From a virus (Duplodnaviria; Caudoviricetes): 37,108 bases of DNA. The stretch covers positions 1 through 37,108 of the IMG/VR virus record IMGVR_UViG_3300027732_000061; one strand, 5' to 3'. Positions 1-9,337 of the stretch are shown here, piece by piece. Under the pieces are notes generated by a model that saw nothing but the letters and a program-made list of their open reading frames with translations, had not been told where the DNA came from and did not search any database. Both the position numbers and the translations under genes were made by a program. Positions within the stretch are counted from its first letter, which is position 1; every line of letters begins with the position of its first letter.

Positions 1-1382
1 TCAAATGATTGATTTTTTTGAATAAAAGTAGTAAGTTCACTAATAATTTCGTAGTCATTAAAAATAAGTTTATCGTCTTCAATAATTGTTTTTAGATTTG
101 AGCAACCAACTCTTTTAACTGTTTTTGACATCTTTACGCCAAGTTGTGTTTTCTTTCCAGAAAATCCTTGCCCAACAAGTTGCCCTGCTCTTCCTCTCAT
201 TGCACACATTAAAATATTATCATACTCCAAATCAAAATGAAGAATACTTGTAACTTGTTCTCCAATATCATTTACTTCTGCTAACACAAATGATTTATTG
301 TATGCTTTTGCTACATCTAAAATTATATTTGGGAATAACATTGGTTTAATTTCATTATTCCTATATTTTGCTACTATTTTATAAGGAAAGGTTGATATAT
401 CAAAAATAACAAATGCCGAATAATCGTTATTCAATCCTCTCGAAACGTCCACTGTAATTATATAAGTATGCTCGTCTTTCGGTTTTTCGTATACATCTAA
501 CCCCCCACTTCTTTTGATTGGTTCATCATAAACCAAAGTTTTTATTTTTGATGGATTGATTAATGTTCCAATAGAACCCAAGAACTCGCATTCAAACTCA
601 ACTTGAAACTGTTGTTCACTTGTGTTTTCTATTGTTTGTTTTTTCCATACCTGATCTCTACCAGGAACTTCACTCCAATGAACTTCGGTAGGAATGTATT
701 GATTTTTTGATCTTTCAGCATCATGCCAAATTTTATAAAAATGATTCATTCCGTGAGGAGTAGAAACAATAATTAATTTGGTAGATTGCCCAGAAGATAT
801 GGTAGGATAAACAGAACTGAAAAAATCTTCAGCAATATGGTTAGGAACGAATGCAAATTCGTCCAAAAAGATGATATTATAAGAACCACCACGCACCGCA
901 GAGGCAGACGTAGAGGCAGCAAGAATCTTTGAACCATTCTCTAGTTCTAATGAACCCCTATTCCATATTAAAACCCCTTGCTGCATCCATTTAGGTAGGT
1001 TTTCGTATGCTAATTGAAGTCTTCCAAGAAGGTCTCTAGCAGTAGACGCTTTATTAGCAAGAATCGCAATATTGACATTATCATTAAATAGTGCGTAATG
1101 AAGCAAATAAGAAACGACAGTGGTAGATTTACCAGACTGTCTTGGCATTTTGCATACGTTAAATCTGTGATCATGGAAATTCTTAATAAGTTTTTCTTGA
1201 AACTTGTACATATTAAAAGGCACAAGACCGTGATCAAGTGAAACAATTTTTATGTAGTTTTTCGCAAAATACACAGGATCTTTTTTACATTTTATAAATT
1301 GCTCAATTTGATCCTTGGTAAACTCTATTGGCGTATTTGCCTTTTTTAATAGAGGATTACCCAGATATTGATCGTTACTCAT
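1..1382 (-). CDS. gp17: Terminase large subunit (T4 gp17-like), 3' end truncated by window edge
   Basis: Hand translation from ATG at 1382: MSNDQYLGNPLLKKAN...; Walker A CKMPRQSGKST, Walker B IIFLDEFAF, coupling motif IIVSTPHGMNHFY, nuclease motif TVDVSRGLNNDYSAF; frame open to position 1; downstream of gp16. Not in ORF track because no stop is in the window. Confidence 0.98.
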   Translation of the reverse strand, partial: MSNDQYLGNPLLKKANTPIEFTKDQIEQFIKCKKDPVYFAKNYIKIVSLDHGLVPFNMYKFQEKLIKNFHDHRFNVCKMPRQSGKSTTVVSYLLHYALFNDNVNIAILANKASTARDLLGRLQLAYENLPKWMQQGVLIWNRGSLELENGSKILAASTSASAVRGGSYNIIFLDEFAFVPNHIAEDFFSSVYPTISSGQSTKLIIVSTPHGMNHFYKIWHDAERSKNQYIPTEVHWSEVPGRDQVWKKQTIENTSEQQFQVEFECEFLGSIGTLINPSKIKTLVYDEPIKRSGGLDVYEKPKDEHTYIITVDVSRGLNNDYSAFVIFDISTFPYKIVAKYRNNEIKPMLFPNIILDVAKAYNKSFVLAEVNDIGEQVTSILHFDLEYDNILMCAMRGRAGQLVGQGFSGKKTQLGVKMSKTVKRVGCSNLKTIIEDDKLIFNDYEIISELTTFIQKNQSF

Positions 1383-1385
1383 TAT

Positions 1386-1574
1386 TTATTCGCCCTTAAA
1401 CTGCCCTAAACCAATACAACTTAGTGTCTCTTGTTGTTTAAAATATAACTTCACATAACACTTACAAATGTTTTTAATTGACTCAATATCTTTACATTCA
1501 TTCAAATCTCTTGATATCTTTTCGTATTCGAATATTTTATTTAAATTTTGCAATTCAATAAGATTTGGGTCCAT
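1386..1574 (-). CDS. Small helical protein (62 aa), possible NblA-like phycobilisome degradation adaptor
   Basis: Likely start ATG 1574 with AGGAG (1585-1581) 6 nt upstream; MDPNLIELQNLNKIFEYEKISRDLNECKDIESIKNICKCYVKLYFKQQETL has the size and two-helix pattern of NblA-like proteins. The ORF is likely real; the function is inferred. Confidence 0.5.
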   Translation of the reverse strand: MDPNLIELQNLNKIFEYEKISRDLNECKDIESIKNICKCYVKLYFKQQETLSCIGLGQFKGE

Positions 1575-2637
1575 TTGGTTCTCCTGTAAATAATAATGGT
1601 TTGGTTGGATCATTTGCTGAAGGATTAAATGCTAATACAATTGCATTTGGATAAACTTTTTGTATTTCTCTTGTTACTTCCGTTTTTGTTGGTCTAGTAA
1701 ATTTTTGAAAAAACATTTGATTCGTTATGTATTTTCCTCTCCAATTTATTAGTATAGTATATGTAGACCCACGAGTCTGTATTCGTAAATAGTTTTCATC
1801 TATATTTGTCTCCTCATTTTTTGTGCTATTTCCCCAATTAGCAGCACCAACTTTACGGCATTTTACTAAAGCCCCCGAGGCATAGGCAGAAGGCCAGACG
1901 GAATATCTTGATTTTACTTTAGTGTAACAAGCATCTTTGGTTCCACTACCTTTACCTGGTTTATCTTTTACTTCTTGGAGATCCATTTCTTCTGTTCTTA
2001 CATTTGTTGGTTTTGCAGCACCAGATTTTTCTTGTTGTCCTGAATCTTCTACTTTTTTTCTTATTGATGCTGATAATCTTTCTTCTTTGGACATATTTGC
2101 TCTTCTATGAGAAGATACGCACTTTGGAACTCCTTCTCCAGGTTCGTCACTTGCACAAGTTCCACCAGTTACAACATTTACCCAACCTGGTTTTTTATCT
2201 TTTGATTCTGATTTGCCAAACCAATCAAGAAGACCTTGATCTCCCGATTTGGTTTCTTCTACTTTTACACAGTTTGGGTATTTTTTCCCAAACATTTTTT
2301 TCATACCTTTTTTCTTATAACCTTTCCAACAAGCTTCTCCAATTTCTTGACTATCAACATAATCTGCTGCAGTATCAATATAATCTGCTGCTTTAGTAAT
2401 TTTAGATTGCACCCAAGCTTTGATGTCTCCCTCACCTTTCATTTTTTTACGAAGTCTTTTTGCAGCATTTGAAATTGTAGATAATTCCGAACGAGCCATT
2501 GAATATTCGTGGTCTACTTCTTTTGAAGATTCCTCGATATTGCAATCGTTAGTTCCGTGTGAAGGACAATATTTTCCTTTTTTAGTTTTATTGCAAATAG
2601 ATTTTGTTTCTAACACAAACTGCCTAAAACTTTTCAT
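1555..2637 (-). CDS. Modular K/E-rich protein, putative internal head protein with capsid-targeting sequence
   Basis: N-terminus MKSFRQFVLE resembles the T4 internal-protein CTS (IPIII MKTYQEFIAE); modules are separated by [ILV]-x-E motifs; late promoter CTAAATA at 2653-2659. Confidence 0.6.
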   Translation of the reverse strand: MKSFRQFVLETKSICNKTKKGKYCPSHGTNDCNIEESSKEVDHEYSMARSELSTISNAAKRLRKKMKGEGDIKAWVQSKITKAADYIDTAADYVDSQEIGEACWKGYKKKGMKKMFGKKYPNCVKVEETKSGDQGLLDWFGKSESKDKKPGWVNVVTGGTCASDEPGEGVPKCVSSHRRANMSKEERLSASIRKKVEDSGQQEKSGAAKPTNVRTEEMDLQEVKDKPGKGSGTKDACYTKVKSRYSVWPSAYASGALVKCRKVGAANWGNSTKNEETNIDENYLRIQTRGSTYTILINWRGKYITNQMFFQKFTRPTKTEVTREIQKVYPNAIVLAFNPSANDPTKPLLFTGEPNGPKSY

Positions 2638-2651
2638 AAGAAATTTTTTAA

Positions 2652-3083
2652 CTATTTAGAAATGTCTTCTGCATTTAAACCATTTTTAAGAAGTTTTTGT
2701 AGTTCCGCAGTAGAACCAACAAAAAGTGCATTTGTAACATTTTTTGGTCCAGATTTTTCTTCTTTCTTGAGGTCTTTTACTTTTTGGTGAATATCCATTA
2801 GCTTATCTGTAGAATCTGCAACATTTTTAATTAATTGTCCAAACACTTCATATGCTCTTGGTTGTTGTCCATCTTGTGCAAGTTCCAAAAGACTTGTAGC
2901 TGCTTCTTGTCCTTTTTCAATTAAACTATAAAGAGTTCCACGAATATAATCATAATCTAATTCGGAGTGATCTTTATTTTCGATAATTTTTATTTCTTTT
3001 TTTGATTGCTTAATAATTTCTTTTGCAGTAATAGTTGCTTTAATATCTAAAGTTTGATCTATTTTATCGAAATTATTTTTCAT
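2652..3083 (-). CDS. gp16: Terminase small subunit (T4 gp16-like)
   Basis: DYDYIRGTLYSLIEKGQEA, PRAYEVFGQLIK and NALFVGSTAELQKLLK motifs; lies between gp15 and gp17. Confidence 0.95.
   Translation of the reverse strand: MKNNFDKIDQTLDIKATITAKEIIKQSKKEIKIIENKDHSELDYDYIRGTLYSLIEKGQEAATSLLELAQDGQQPRAYEVFGQLIKNVADSTDKLMDIHQKVKDLKKEEKSGPKNVTNALFVGSTAELQKLLKNGLNAEDISK
2653..2659 (-). promoter_or_regulatory. T4-like (gp55) late promoter, CTAAATA
   Basis: Plus-strand TATTTAG 15 nt upstream of ATG 2637; matches the cyanomyophage late consensus (A/C)TAAATA. Confidence 0.6.
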
Positions 3084-4132
3084 ACATCAATACCTTTTGT
3101 TGGACTATAAGTTTTTCCATCACCATAATCATAACGATATTCAGTAAATCCAAAATCATCATCCTGTTCAATTAAAGCATCGTCTGCATTATTGATAATA
3201 TTAATATTAGATCCGGATTCGTGTGGTGTAATTATAGTATTATCTTGACCTCTAATTACTTTAATTTCATTTCCAGTGATTGAAGTAATCATCATCTCTT
3301 CATCTTCAATTATTATATAATCATTTTTTGATAATAAAGTAGCATCACTGACAATAAACTCCGTAACCTTATCGTCTATCTCTTGAGAAAGTGTATTAGT
3401 TTGGTCATCATTATAATCTCGAATCGCTCTTGGTTCTGCAATATAACGAAGTTGTCTGGATGCATTTTTAGTAACCGTATTGGTATAATAATCGACCTGT
3501 ACCTTTTTAATAAGACCTTCTGTAGAATCTGGCACTGGACCAAATAGATATGTTTTTGCCGTAAAATCTAGATTGTGAATTATAATTCTTTTTTCTTCAT
3601 ATCCACTTTCGTAATTATCTTTAAAATTTATACCTCCAAGAATTAATGGTATATCACGTTTTTCACCTATAGAAGACACTAAATCAATTGTTATATTAAA
3701 AGATGGTTGAAAGTATGGAAGAATTTGCTCTATGATTTGAAGAGCATCATCATTATATTGAGACATAATTGAAAGTTGTATTCCCAAATTATAAGGAACA
3801 GGCATAAAAACTTTATTTACTGTTTTATCGTCTACGATACTTTTAGCTATAAATGTCTGCATAGTAGAAACTTTTCTGCTACTATCATATTGAATACTAT
3901 TCATTTCAAATGCAAGTCTTGGAAGAGTCATTGCTACTCTTTTTCTCAAATCTGGTTTTTGCTCTAATCTTGCTAAAAACTTTTCTACTGGTCCATATAC
4001 AATAGGAACTTTTATGACACTATAATTAGTATCATTTTGTAGTTTGTGTTTGATGTCAATATTGTTAAATAAAGTACCAAAGGCAATAATTGTCTTACGA
4101 ATTATTTCGTGATAATAGTATTGACCTAACAT
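3080..4132 (-). CDS. gp15: Tail sheath stabilizer / completion protein (T4 gp15-like) with C-terminal extension
   Basis: YYYHEIIRKTIIAFGTLFNNI, VPIVYGPVEKF, TLPRLAFE, QIIEQILPYFQP, FTAKTYLFGP; synteny gp13-14-15-16. Confidence 0.95.
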   Translation of the reverse strand: MLGQYYYHEIIRKTIIAFGTLFNNIDIKHKLQNDTNYSVIKVPIVYGPVEKFLARLEQKPDLRKRVAMTLPRLAFEMNSIQYDSSRKVSTMQTFIAKSIVDDKTVNKVFMPVPYNLGIQLSIMSQYNDDALQIIEQILPYFQPSFNITIDLVSSIGEKRDIPLILGGINFKDNYESGYEEKRIIIHNLDFTAKTYLFGPVPDSTEGLIKKVQVDYYTNTVTKNASRQLRYIAEPRAIRDYNDDQTNTLSQEIDDKVTEFIVSDATLLSKNDYIIIEDEEMMITSITGNEIKVIRGQDNTIITPHESGSNINIINNADDALIEQDDDFGFTEYRYDYGDGKTYSPTKGIDV

Positions 4133-4151
4133 AATAATACCTTTTATTAAT

Positions 4152-4158
4152 TATTTAG
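4152..4158 (-). promoter_or_regulatory. T4-like late promoter, CTAAATA
   Basis: Plus-strand TATTTAG in the gp14-gp15 intergenic gap. Confidence 0.6.
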
Positions 4159-4160
4159 AT

Positions 4161-5588
4161 TTAATAATCCCCAAAAGGGTTTCTTTCATTGAAGTCTAAA
4201 ATTTCATCTGCTTCATTTTCTATTGGTATATTATCTGCATCATCATCAATTTCGTCTTGTTTATTGATTGAATATACTTTATAACTTGCATCTGACCCTC
4301 CACTTGTTGTTCCCATCCCGACAATACTTTCTCCGGGAGTAAAGCTTCCACTTACTATTTTTACCTGAAGAACTCTCGTGTCGTAATCCCAATTATTTAC
4401 ATATGCACTAGTTCCTGTAGAAACACCTCGTACAACCTCGTTAAATATATAACTTCCAGTAGAAATACCAGAAGGAGACGATAGGGTTATTACGGGTGCT
4501 TGTGTGTACCCTACCCCAGCATTTATGTAACGAATTGAAGTCACAATACCAGAAGAATTGAGGAATGCTTGTGCGGTTGCACTAATTACACCAACCGAAG
4601 CAGTAGATATGGAAACAACAGGAGCAGAAGAATACTTAAGTCCTCCATCTGTAATAGTAAATGCACTTAATGAACCACTCTGAATAATTGCAGTAGCAAT
4701 TCCTCCACTATTGCCATCAATCGTAACTATTGGAGCAATTGTATATCCAATACCTGGATTGGTGACTAATATCTTATCAATAGAACTTCCTTTTTGCTCC
4801 GAACGACGTGTCATTATTGCTACTGCAGTAGCATTTATTCCTCCGGTAGGTGCTGTAGAAATTCCTATAATTGGTGCAGTTAAGTATCCAGTTCCATCAT
4901 TAATTACATCTATTCTTTCTACTGATTTTCCTACATTAGTTCCTCCAATTCCAGTATTAAATAAAGTTGATGCAAGTTGAACTGTTGTAGTTGCAGTTTG
5001 TGAATCTGAAAAAGTCATTTGTATAGTTTGAATATAACCAAAATCTTGAACAGATTTATCGATTTCTTCTATTGAAGTTTCTATACTATCATCTGCTTCA
5101 TAATCCATTACTTCGCATCTCAGTTCGTAAATATATAAATTATTCAATTGATAAAATGGTTTTTTCCCTTCTACGTATTTTATTTCAAAAATAGTATCAT
5201 CCAATGGAAAATAAATCAAATCCCCCTCTTGTGGTCTGGTCGATAATTCTATATTTGGGTCTCCAGAAATAAATGGCGAAATAAAATCTTCATATCTTTC
5301 TTTTGATATTACAAAAGTAACTTCATCGGTAGTTTTTACTCCAAATTTTGATAAAATATCACCACCACCACCGAAACCGTCATAGTTAATTAGATATGCC
5401 TCAAGTCTAAATGCATCTTCAAATTTTGATACTGTTATTTCTCTTAATACTGTTTTTTTATTATATATTTTTTTTGGAAGATATACTACATCTTGCCCAT
5501 ACATTTTTAATTGTTCATTGATTAAATCTTGTACTAATCTCTGTTCACTTGCAGATCCTTGAAGAAAATATGAGTTAAGTGGCGACAT
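4161..5588 (-). CDS. gp14: Neck / head completion protein (T4 gp14-like) with inserted repeat domains
   Basis: EQRLVQDLINEQLKMYGQDVVYLP, DILSKFG, RPQEGDLIYFP, PFYQL and C-terminal DFNERNPFG; inserted GxGYxxAPxVxI repeats. Confidence 0.93.
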   Translation of the reverse strand: MSPLNSYFLQGSASEQRLVQDLINEQLKMYGQDVVYLPKKIYNKKTVLREITVSKFEDAFRLEAYLINYDGFGGGGDILSKFGVKTTDEVTFVISKERYEDFISPFISGDPNIELSTRPQEGDLIYFPLDDTIFEIKYVEGKKPFYQLNNLYIYELRCEVMDYEADDSIETSIEEIDKSVQDFGYIQTIQMTFSDSQTATTTVQLASTLFNTGIGGTNVGKSVERIDVINDGTGYLTAPIIGISTAPTGGINATAVAIMTRRSEQKGSSIDKILVTNPGIGYTIAPIVTIDGNSGGIATAIIQSGSLSAFTITDGGLKYSSAPVVSISTASVGVISATAQAFLNSSGIVTSIRYINAGVGYTQAPVITLSSPSGISTGSYIFNEVVRGVSTGTSAYVNNWDYDTRVLQVKIVSGSFTPGESIVGMGTTSGGSDASYKVYSINKQDEIDDDADNIPIENEADEILDFNERNPFGDY

Positions 5589-5592
5589 TTCA

Positions 5593-6408
5593 CTAACCTA
5601 TCATATCCATTGGAGGTAATTCGTATTCCGTTTTAAGTTGATTTTCTGCTTCTTCTATTTCTTTAACTGCATCATCAAAAATCTGTCTTCCATTAAGTTG
5701 GACACCGCCGGGAAGTAATACTCCTTGAAATTTAATCATATTCTGTCCCCACTGTCTTTTAATTATTGAAGTCAAATATTTCTTTAACCACCAATCATTA
5801 TATACTCCAGATGCATTTGTTGGATCTACTAATCTATAACAATCAAATATAAGATAATTATCAGGACCCATTTGGCTCCAATCAATATCTAAATATAATC
5901 TATGATTTTTTTTATTAAATCTAATTTGAATATCTGGAGTAATAATTCGGCTCAAATCTTCCAAATATGTTTTGGTCATTGCATAATTTAAAATATCAAG
6001 TGCTCCATAATAGTATAAATCATTTAAGAATAATTGATACTTAATATTAAATAATCCACTTGAAATTGTACTGGAATCTATTTTGAATACATTATTTACG
6101 CCAATTACATGGTCTGGAAGTTGTAAAAAATTATTACTTTCAGTGTAAGAAAGAGTAGCAATTCCAACAGTAGATGTGGCAGTTGTAGTGGTAACGCCTG
6201 TCCTTATTGTATCTAAATGATTTTGCGTTAATTTGTGCTTAAGAAATACTTTTTCGATACCATCATAATGTCTTTCATTATAATATTGAATCGCATCATC
6301 AACTAAATCATCAATTTGGTCATCATCTACATTAATTTCAATTACTGGATACCCAAGTTTTCTTAAGCAATAATCTATCAATCCTTGACGAGATGATGGT
6401 TGAGTCAT
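5593..6408 (-). CDS. gp13: Neck protein (T4 gp13-like)
   Basis: LIDYCLRKLGYPVIEINVDDDQIDD, HYDG, WLKKY...KRQWGQNMIKFQGVLLPGGVQLNG. Confidence 0.96.
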   Translation of the reverse strand: MTQPSSRQGLIDYCLRKLGYPVIEINVDDDQIDDLVDDAIQYYNERHYDGIEKVFLKHKLTQNHLDTIRTGVTTTTATSTVGIATLSYTESNNFLQLPDHVIGVNNVFKIDSSTISSGLFNIKYQLFLNDLYYYGALDILNYAMTKTYLEDLSRIITPDIQIRFNKKNHRLYLDIDWSQMGPDNYLIFDCYRLVDPTNASGVYNDWWLKKYLTSIIKRQWGQNMIKFQGVLLPGGVQLNGRQIFDDAVKEIEEAENQLKTEYELPPMDMIG

Positions 6409-6647
6409 TGTTGAATTCCTGCCTCTTCGTATTTATCTTCCGATTTTACTTTTCTTTTTGATTTTAATATTTCATCATTATGTTGTTGCAATTCGAGATT
6501 TGTTCTTAATAAAATATTTTTTTGATCTTCAAAATCTTTAGTTAGTGATTGCAATTTTGCCTCTAATAAAATATTTTGATTTGTTAATGCTGAAATTTTT
6601 TGATTATACAGATTAACTAAGATATTCACATCAACTTCACTATTCAT
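6405..6647 (-). CDS. Hypothetical coiled-coil protein (80 aa)
   Basis: ATG start, ATGA overlap with gp13, heptad-like L/Q/N pattern. Confidence 0.75.
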   Translation of the reverse strand: MNSEVDVNILVNLYNQKISALTNQNILLEAKLQSLTKDFEDQKNILLRTNLELQQHNDEILKSKRKVKSEDKYEEAGIQQ

Positions 6648-6649
6648 AA

Positions 6650-9106
6650 CTAGAATGTTCCTCCGTCTAAAGTGCTAGTCCACATTGGTTTATTTGTATA
6701 AACTACTGAAGCAACAATTGCAGTAGTTCCAATGCCAATATTGCTTCCATTTTTAAGCAAAATGGAGTTATTTGTTGTATTGAAAGTTCCTTCTACTCCA
6801 ATTAAAGTTATTATGGTTGTTGAAGCAACACTAGTTTTGACAATACCATAAGCACCACCGGTATTTTGTAGAATAATATCTCCGACAGTTACTGTAGTAA
6901 GTCCAGATAATGTAATATTTGCTTCAGTTACTGCAGTTAGAATCTGTTTGGATGTGATTGTCGGGGATGCTGGATCATTCGTGGAATTTTGAAGTCCTGT
7001 ACTATCAAAATAAACCACTCCATGAGTACTGAAATCTCCAGATTGGTAATAAATACCTTTAATATCCAAATAACCCTTTGTTCCAGATACTACACTATTT
7101 GAAATACTAGCATCTGGAACATAAGTAAAACGTCCTGTACTATCATCAAATCCAAAAAATCCTGATTTTTGATTTGCCGTTCCTACACCGGTATTATAAT
7201 CAAAAGCAATACCTCTATCAGTATTTGTATCATAGGCATGAGTTATAGTTAATTGAGTTGTTGAGGTAATTCCAGAACTTGTGGTTCCAGTAATTGTAAT
7301 AATCTTTGTGGATGTATTATATGCCGTAATCGTAGTCAGTCCACTATTAGGTAAAGCAGCATTACCTGAAATAATATCACCAGTATTAATTCCAACAACG
7401 GAATCCAAAGTAATTGTGGAAACACCCGATGCAACTGCTACAACTACGGTTCTATTACTTGTTACATCACCTAGTGAAATAATTGAACCATTTACAGTAA
7501 CACTACTGGAGTCTACTGTGGTTGTTGTTCCATCAACTTGAAGATCTCCCTTAATAATAACTAGCCCTTGATTACTTAATCCGTCAGGATATGGGTCAAT
7601 GTATAATACATTTCCGCCACCAGATCTAGTTGAAATTACATTTGAACTAATTCCAATATTATCAATCGTAACTCCACCAATATTGGTAAGACGTCCGGTA
7701 TGAGTAAGTATTCCTGTAATTGTTATAGTGTCTGTTGATTCACTCCCTAGAGTTGTATTACCATCAACTTGAAGATTTCCTGTGAGTGTTAAATTTGAAC
7801 CAGATTGATTTCCAGTTACATCTAAAATTCCGCCAATATAAACATTCTTTGCAATACCAACACCACCGGCAACTCTTAATGCACCAGATGTTGTAGTTGT
7901 TGCATTTGTAGTTGCGGCAATCGAAACAAAGGAAGTGTTTGAAGTGCTTGGGAAAGTAACACTTGTTGCAGAAGATGTTGCACCAAGATTTAGTATAGTC
8001 GCATTTGGAACACTTAAAGTCGCATTACGAATGGTTGCAATACCTGTCGTAGCACCAATACTAATTGCAGTAGCAGCACCAAAAGCATTAACTGTAGTAG
8101 CAGTGGTGTTATAAAGGTTCTGTGTTGCATTTACACCTACAACGGTATTAGGTCTTAAGGTTAATGTTGCAGATGTTGAACCAATTCCTATTGTTGATGC
8201 ATCACCAAAGGCATTAACTGTGGTTGCTACTGTATTATAAAGGTTTTGAGTTGTTTGGGTACCTACAACCGTTGGGTTGTTAATAGTTACTGTACCAGTA
8301 ATAGAACCAATACCTATTGCAGTAGCAGCACCTAATACATTGGCAGTAGTTACAGTTGCATTAAAAAGATTAAGTGATGCAGTATTACTAGTAACATCCC
8401 CACCATCAATATTCAGGTCTCCAAGAATTTGGGTATCTCCAGTTTTAGTAACACTGAATTGTGTAGTACTTCCAATTTGAAGATCAATAAGTTTAGATGC
8501 TGCCGCAGAAGCAGTATTTGTAATATTTAATTTTATTCCATTAAATGTTACTCCACCGGCATTCCAAGTACTTGTGGCACTTAATATTGGATTATCTGTG
8601 GTTATTGATCCTTGGGTTATTGTTACAGACCCATTAACACTATTAACAGAAAATCTAGTAGTTGATCCATCAGTAATATCAAATGTTTGTGATTCACCTC
8701 CAATAAATTTTAAATCTCCAGTTCCAGCTGGATCTAATTCTATATCACCATTTGCATTTGTAGATGAAATTTTATTTGCATCTAATGTTAAGTTATCGAC
8801 ATTCCATTGATTAACTTTACGATTCTGATCAAGAATAGCAACAAAACCATTTGCACCAATTGTTGGATTGGCTTGATCCGCAACTAATCCAGGAGCAATG
8901 CTTAACAGATCTGTATAGTATTTACCACCAATTACTACTGGATCTGTATCAGCAGTATCTGGAGATGCTGAGTTATCACCTACAAATAATCTACCACCAA
9001 AATTGCCATGACTACCTATACCAATTGTAAGACCAAGTTCTCCATAATAAAGAGATCCTGGAGCAACAGTTCCTGTAGACCTCTTAATCCTGATTATGCT
9101 TGCCAT
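6650..9106 (-). CDS. Fibre-like virion structural protein (818 aa)
   Basis: N-terminus IIRIKRSTGTVAPGSLYYGELG typical of phage fibre anchoring domains; G/T/S/V-rich beta repeats (GDLQVDGTTTTVDS, SGALRVAGGVGIAKNVYIGG); C-terminal LDGGTF. Confidence 0.8.
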   Translation of the reverse strand: MASIIRIKRSTGTVAPGSLYYGELGLTIGIGSHGNFGGRLFVGDNSASPDTADTDPVVIGGKYYTDLLSIAPGLVADQANPTIGANGFVAILDQNRKVNQWNVDNLTLDANKISSTNANGDIELDPAGTGDLKFIGGESQTFDITDGSTTRFSVNSVNGSVTITQGSITTDNPILSATSTWNAGGVTFNGIKLNITNTASAAASKLIDLQIGSTTQFSVTKTGDTQILGDLNIDGGDVTSNTASLNLFNATVTTANVLGAATAIGIGSITGTVTINNPTVVGTQTTQNLYNTVATTVNAFGDASTIGIGSTSATLTLRPNTVVGVNATQNLYNTTATTVNAFGAATAISIGATTGIATIRNATLSVPNATILNLGATSSATSVTFPSTSNTSFVSIAATTNATTTTSGALRVAGGVGIAKNVYIGGILDVTGNQSGSNLTLTGNLQVDGNTTLGSESTDTITITGILTHTGRLTNIGGVTIDNIGISSNVISTRSGGGNVLYIDPYPDGLSNQGLVIIKGDLQVDGTTTTVDSSSVTVNGSIISLGDVTSNRTVVVAVASGVSTITLDSVVGINTGDIISGNAALPNSGLTTITAYNTSTKIITITGTTSSGITSTTQLTITHAYDTNTDRGIAFDYNTGVGTANQKSGFFGFDDSTGRFTYVPDASISNSVVSGTKGYLDIKGIYYQSGDFSTHGVVYFDSTGLQNSTNDPASPTITSKQILTAVTEANITLSGLTTVTVGDIILQNTGGAYGIVKTSVASTTIITLIGVEGTFNTTNNSILLKNGSNIGIGTTAIVASVVYTNKPMWTSTLDGGTF
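8010..8380 (-). repeat. Three tandem 42-aa (126-nt) repeats inside the fibre gene
   Basis: LNLFNATVTTANVLGAATAIGIG / QNLYNTVATTVNAFGDASTIGIG / QNLYNTTATTVNAFGAATAISIG; equivalent positions at 8363, 8237 and 8111. Boundaries approximate. Confidence 0.85.
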
Positions 9107-9107
9107 T

Positions 9108-9332
9108 TTAGAAATTTCCTCCGTTGATGACTAAATTCTGTGTTGCGCCTGGGGTTAATGCTAATGTAGAGTCCCATTTACCGGTTATGGCATTATAAAC
9201 AAGAATTTCACCACCAGTTGGTGATACAATATTGACATCATCCAATCCCTCCAAAGTTCCAGTTGTACCGGAAATAGAAGATACAACTTTAATAGCATTT
9301 TGCGAACCGACTCTAACTTTTATGTCTGCCAT
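9108..9332 (-). CDS. Small virion structural protein (74 aa)
   Basis: LEGLDDVNI...GEILVYNAITGKW fibre-associated repeat unit; C-terminal INGGNF resembles the neighbour's LDGGTF. Confidence 0.7.
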   Translation of the reverse strand: MADIKVRVGSQNAIKVVSSISGTTGTLEGLDDVNIVSPTGGEILVYNAITGKWDSTLALTPGATQNLVINGGNF

Positions 9333-9337
9333 TTTTG

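Noticed and set aside
1010-1246. Track ORF of 78 aa on the minus strand
   Set aside because: Out-of-frame shadow inside gp17.
1383-1389. ATAAATA late-promoter match before gp17
   Set aside because: Abuts the ATG, so the start site would fall inside the gene; explained by the upstream stop codon and AT-richness.
1575-1613. Longer 75-aa version of the NblA-like ORF
   Set aside because: ATG 1574 has a well-spaced AGGAG; the extension only increases overlap with the upstream gene.
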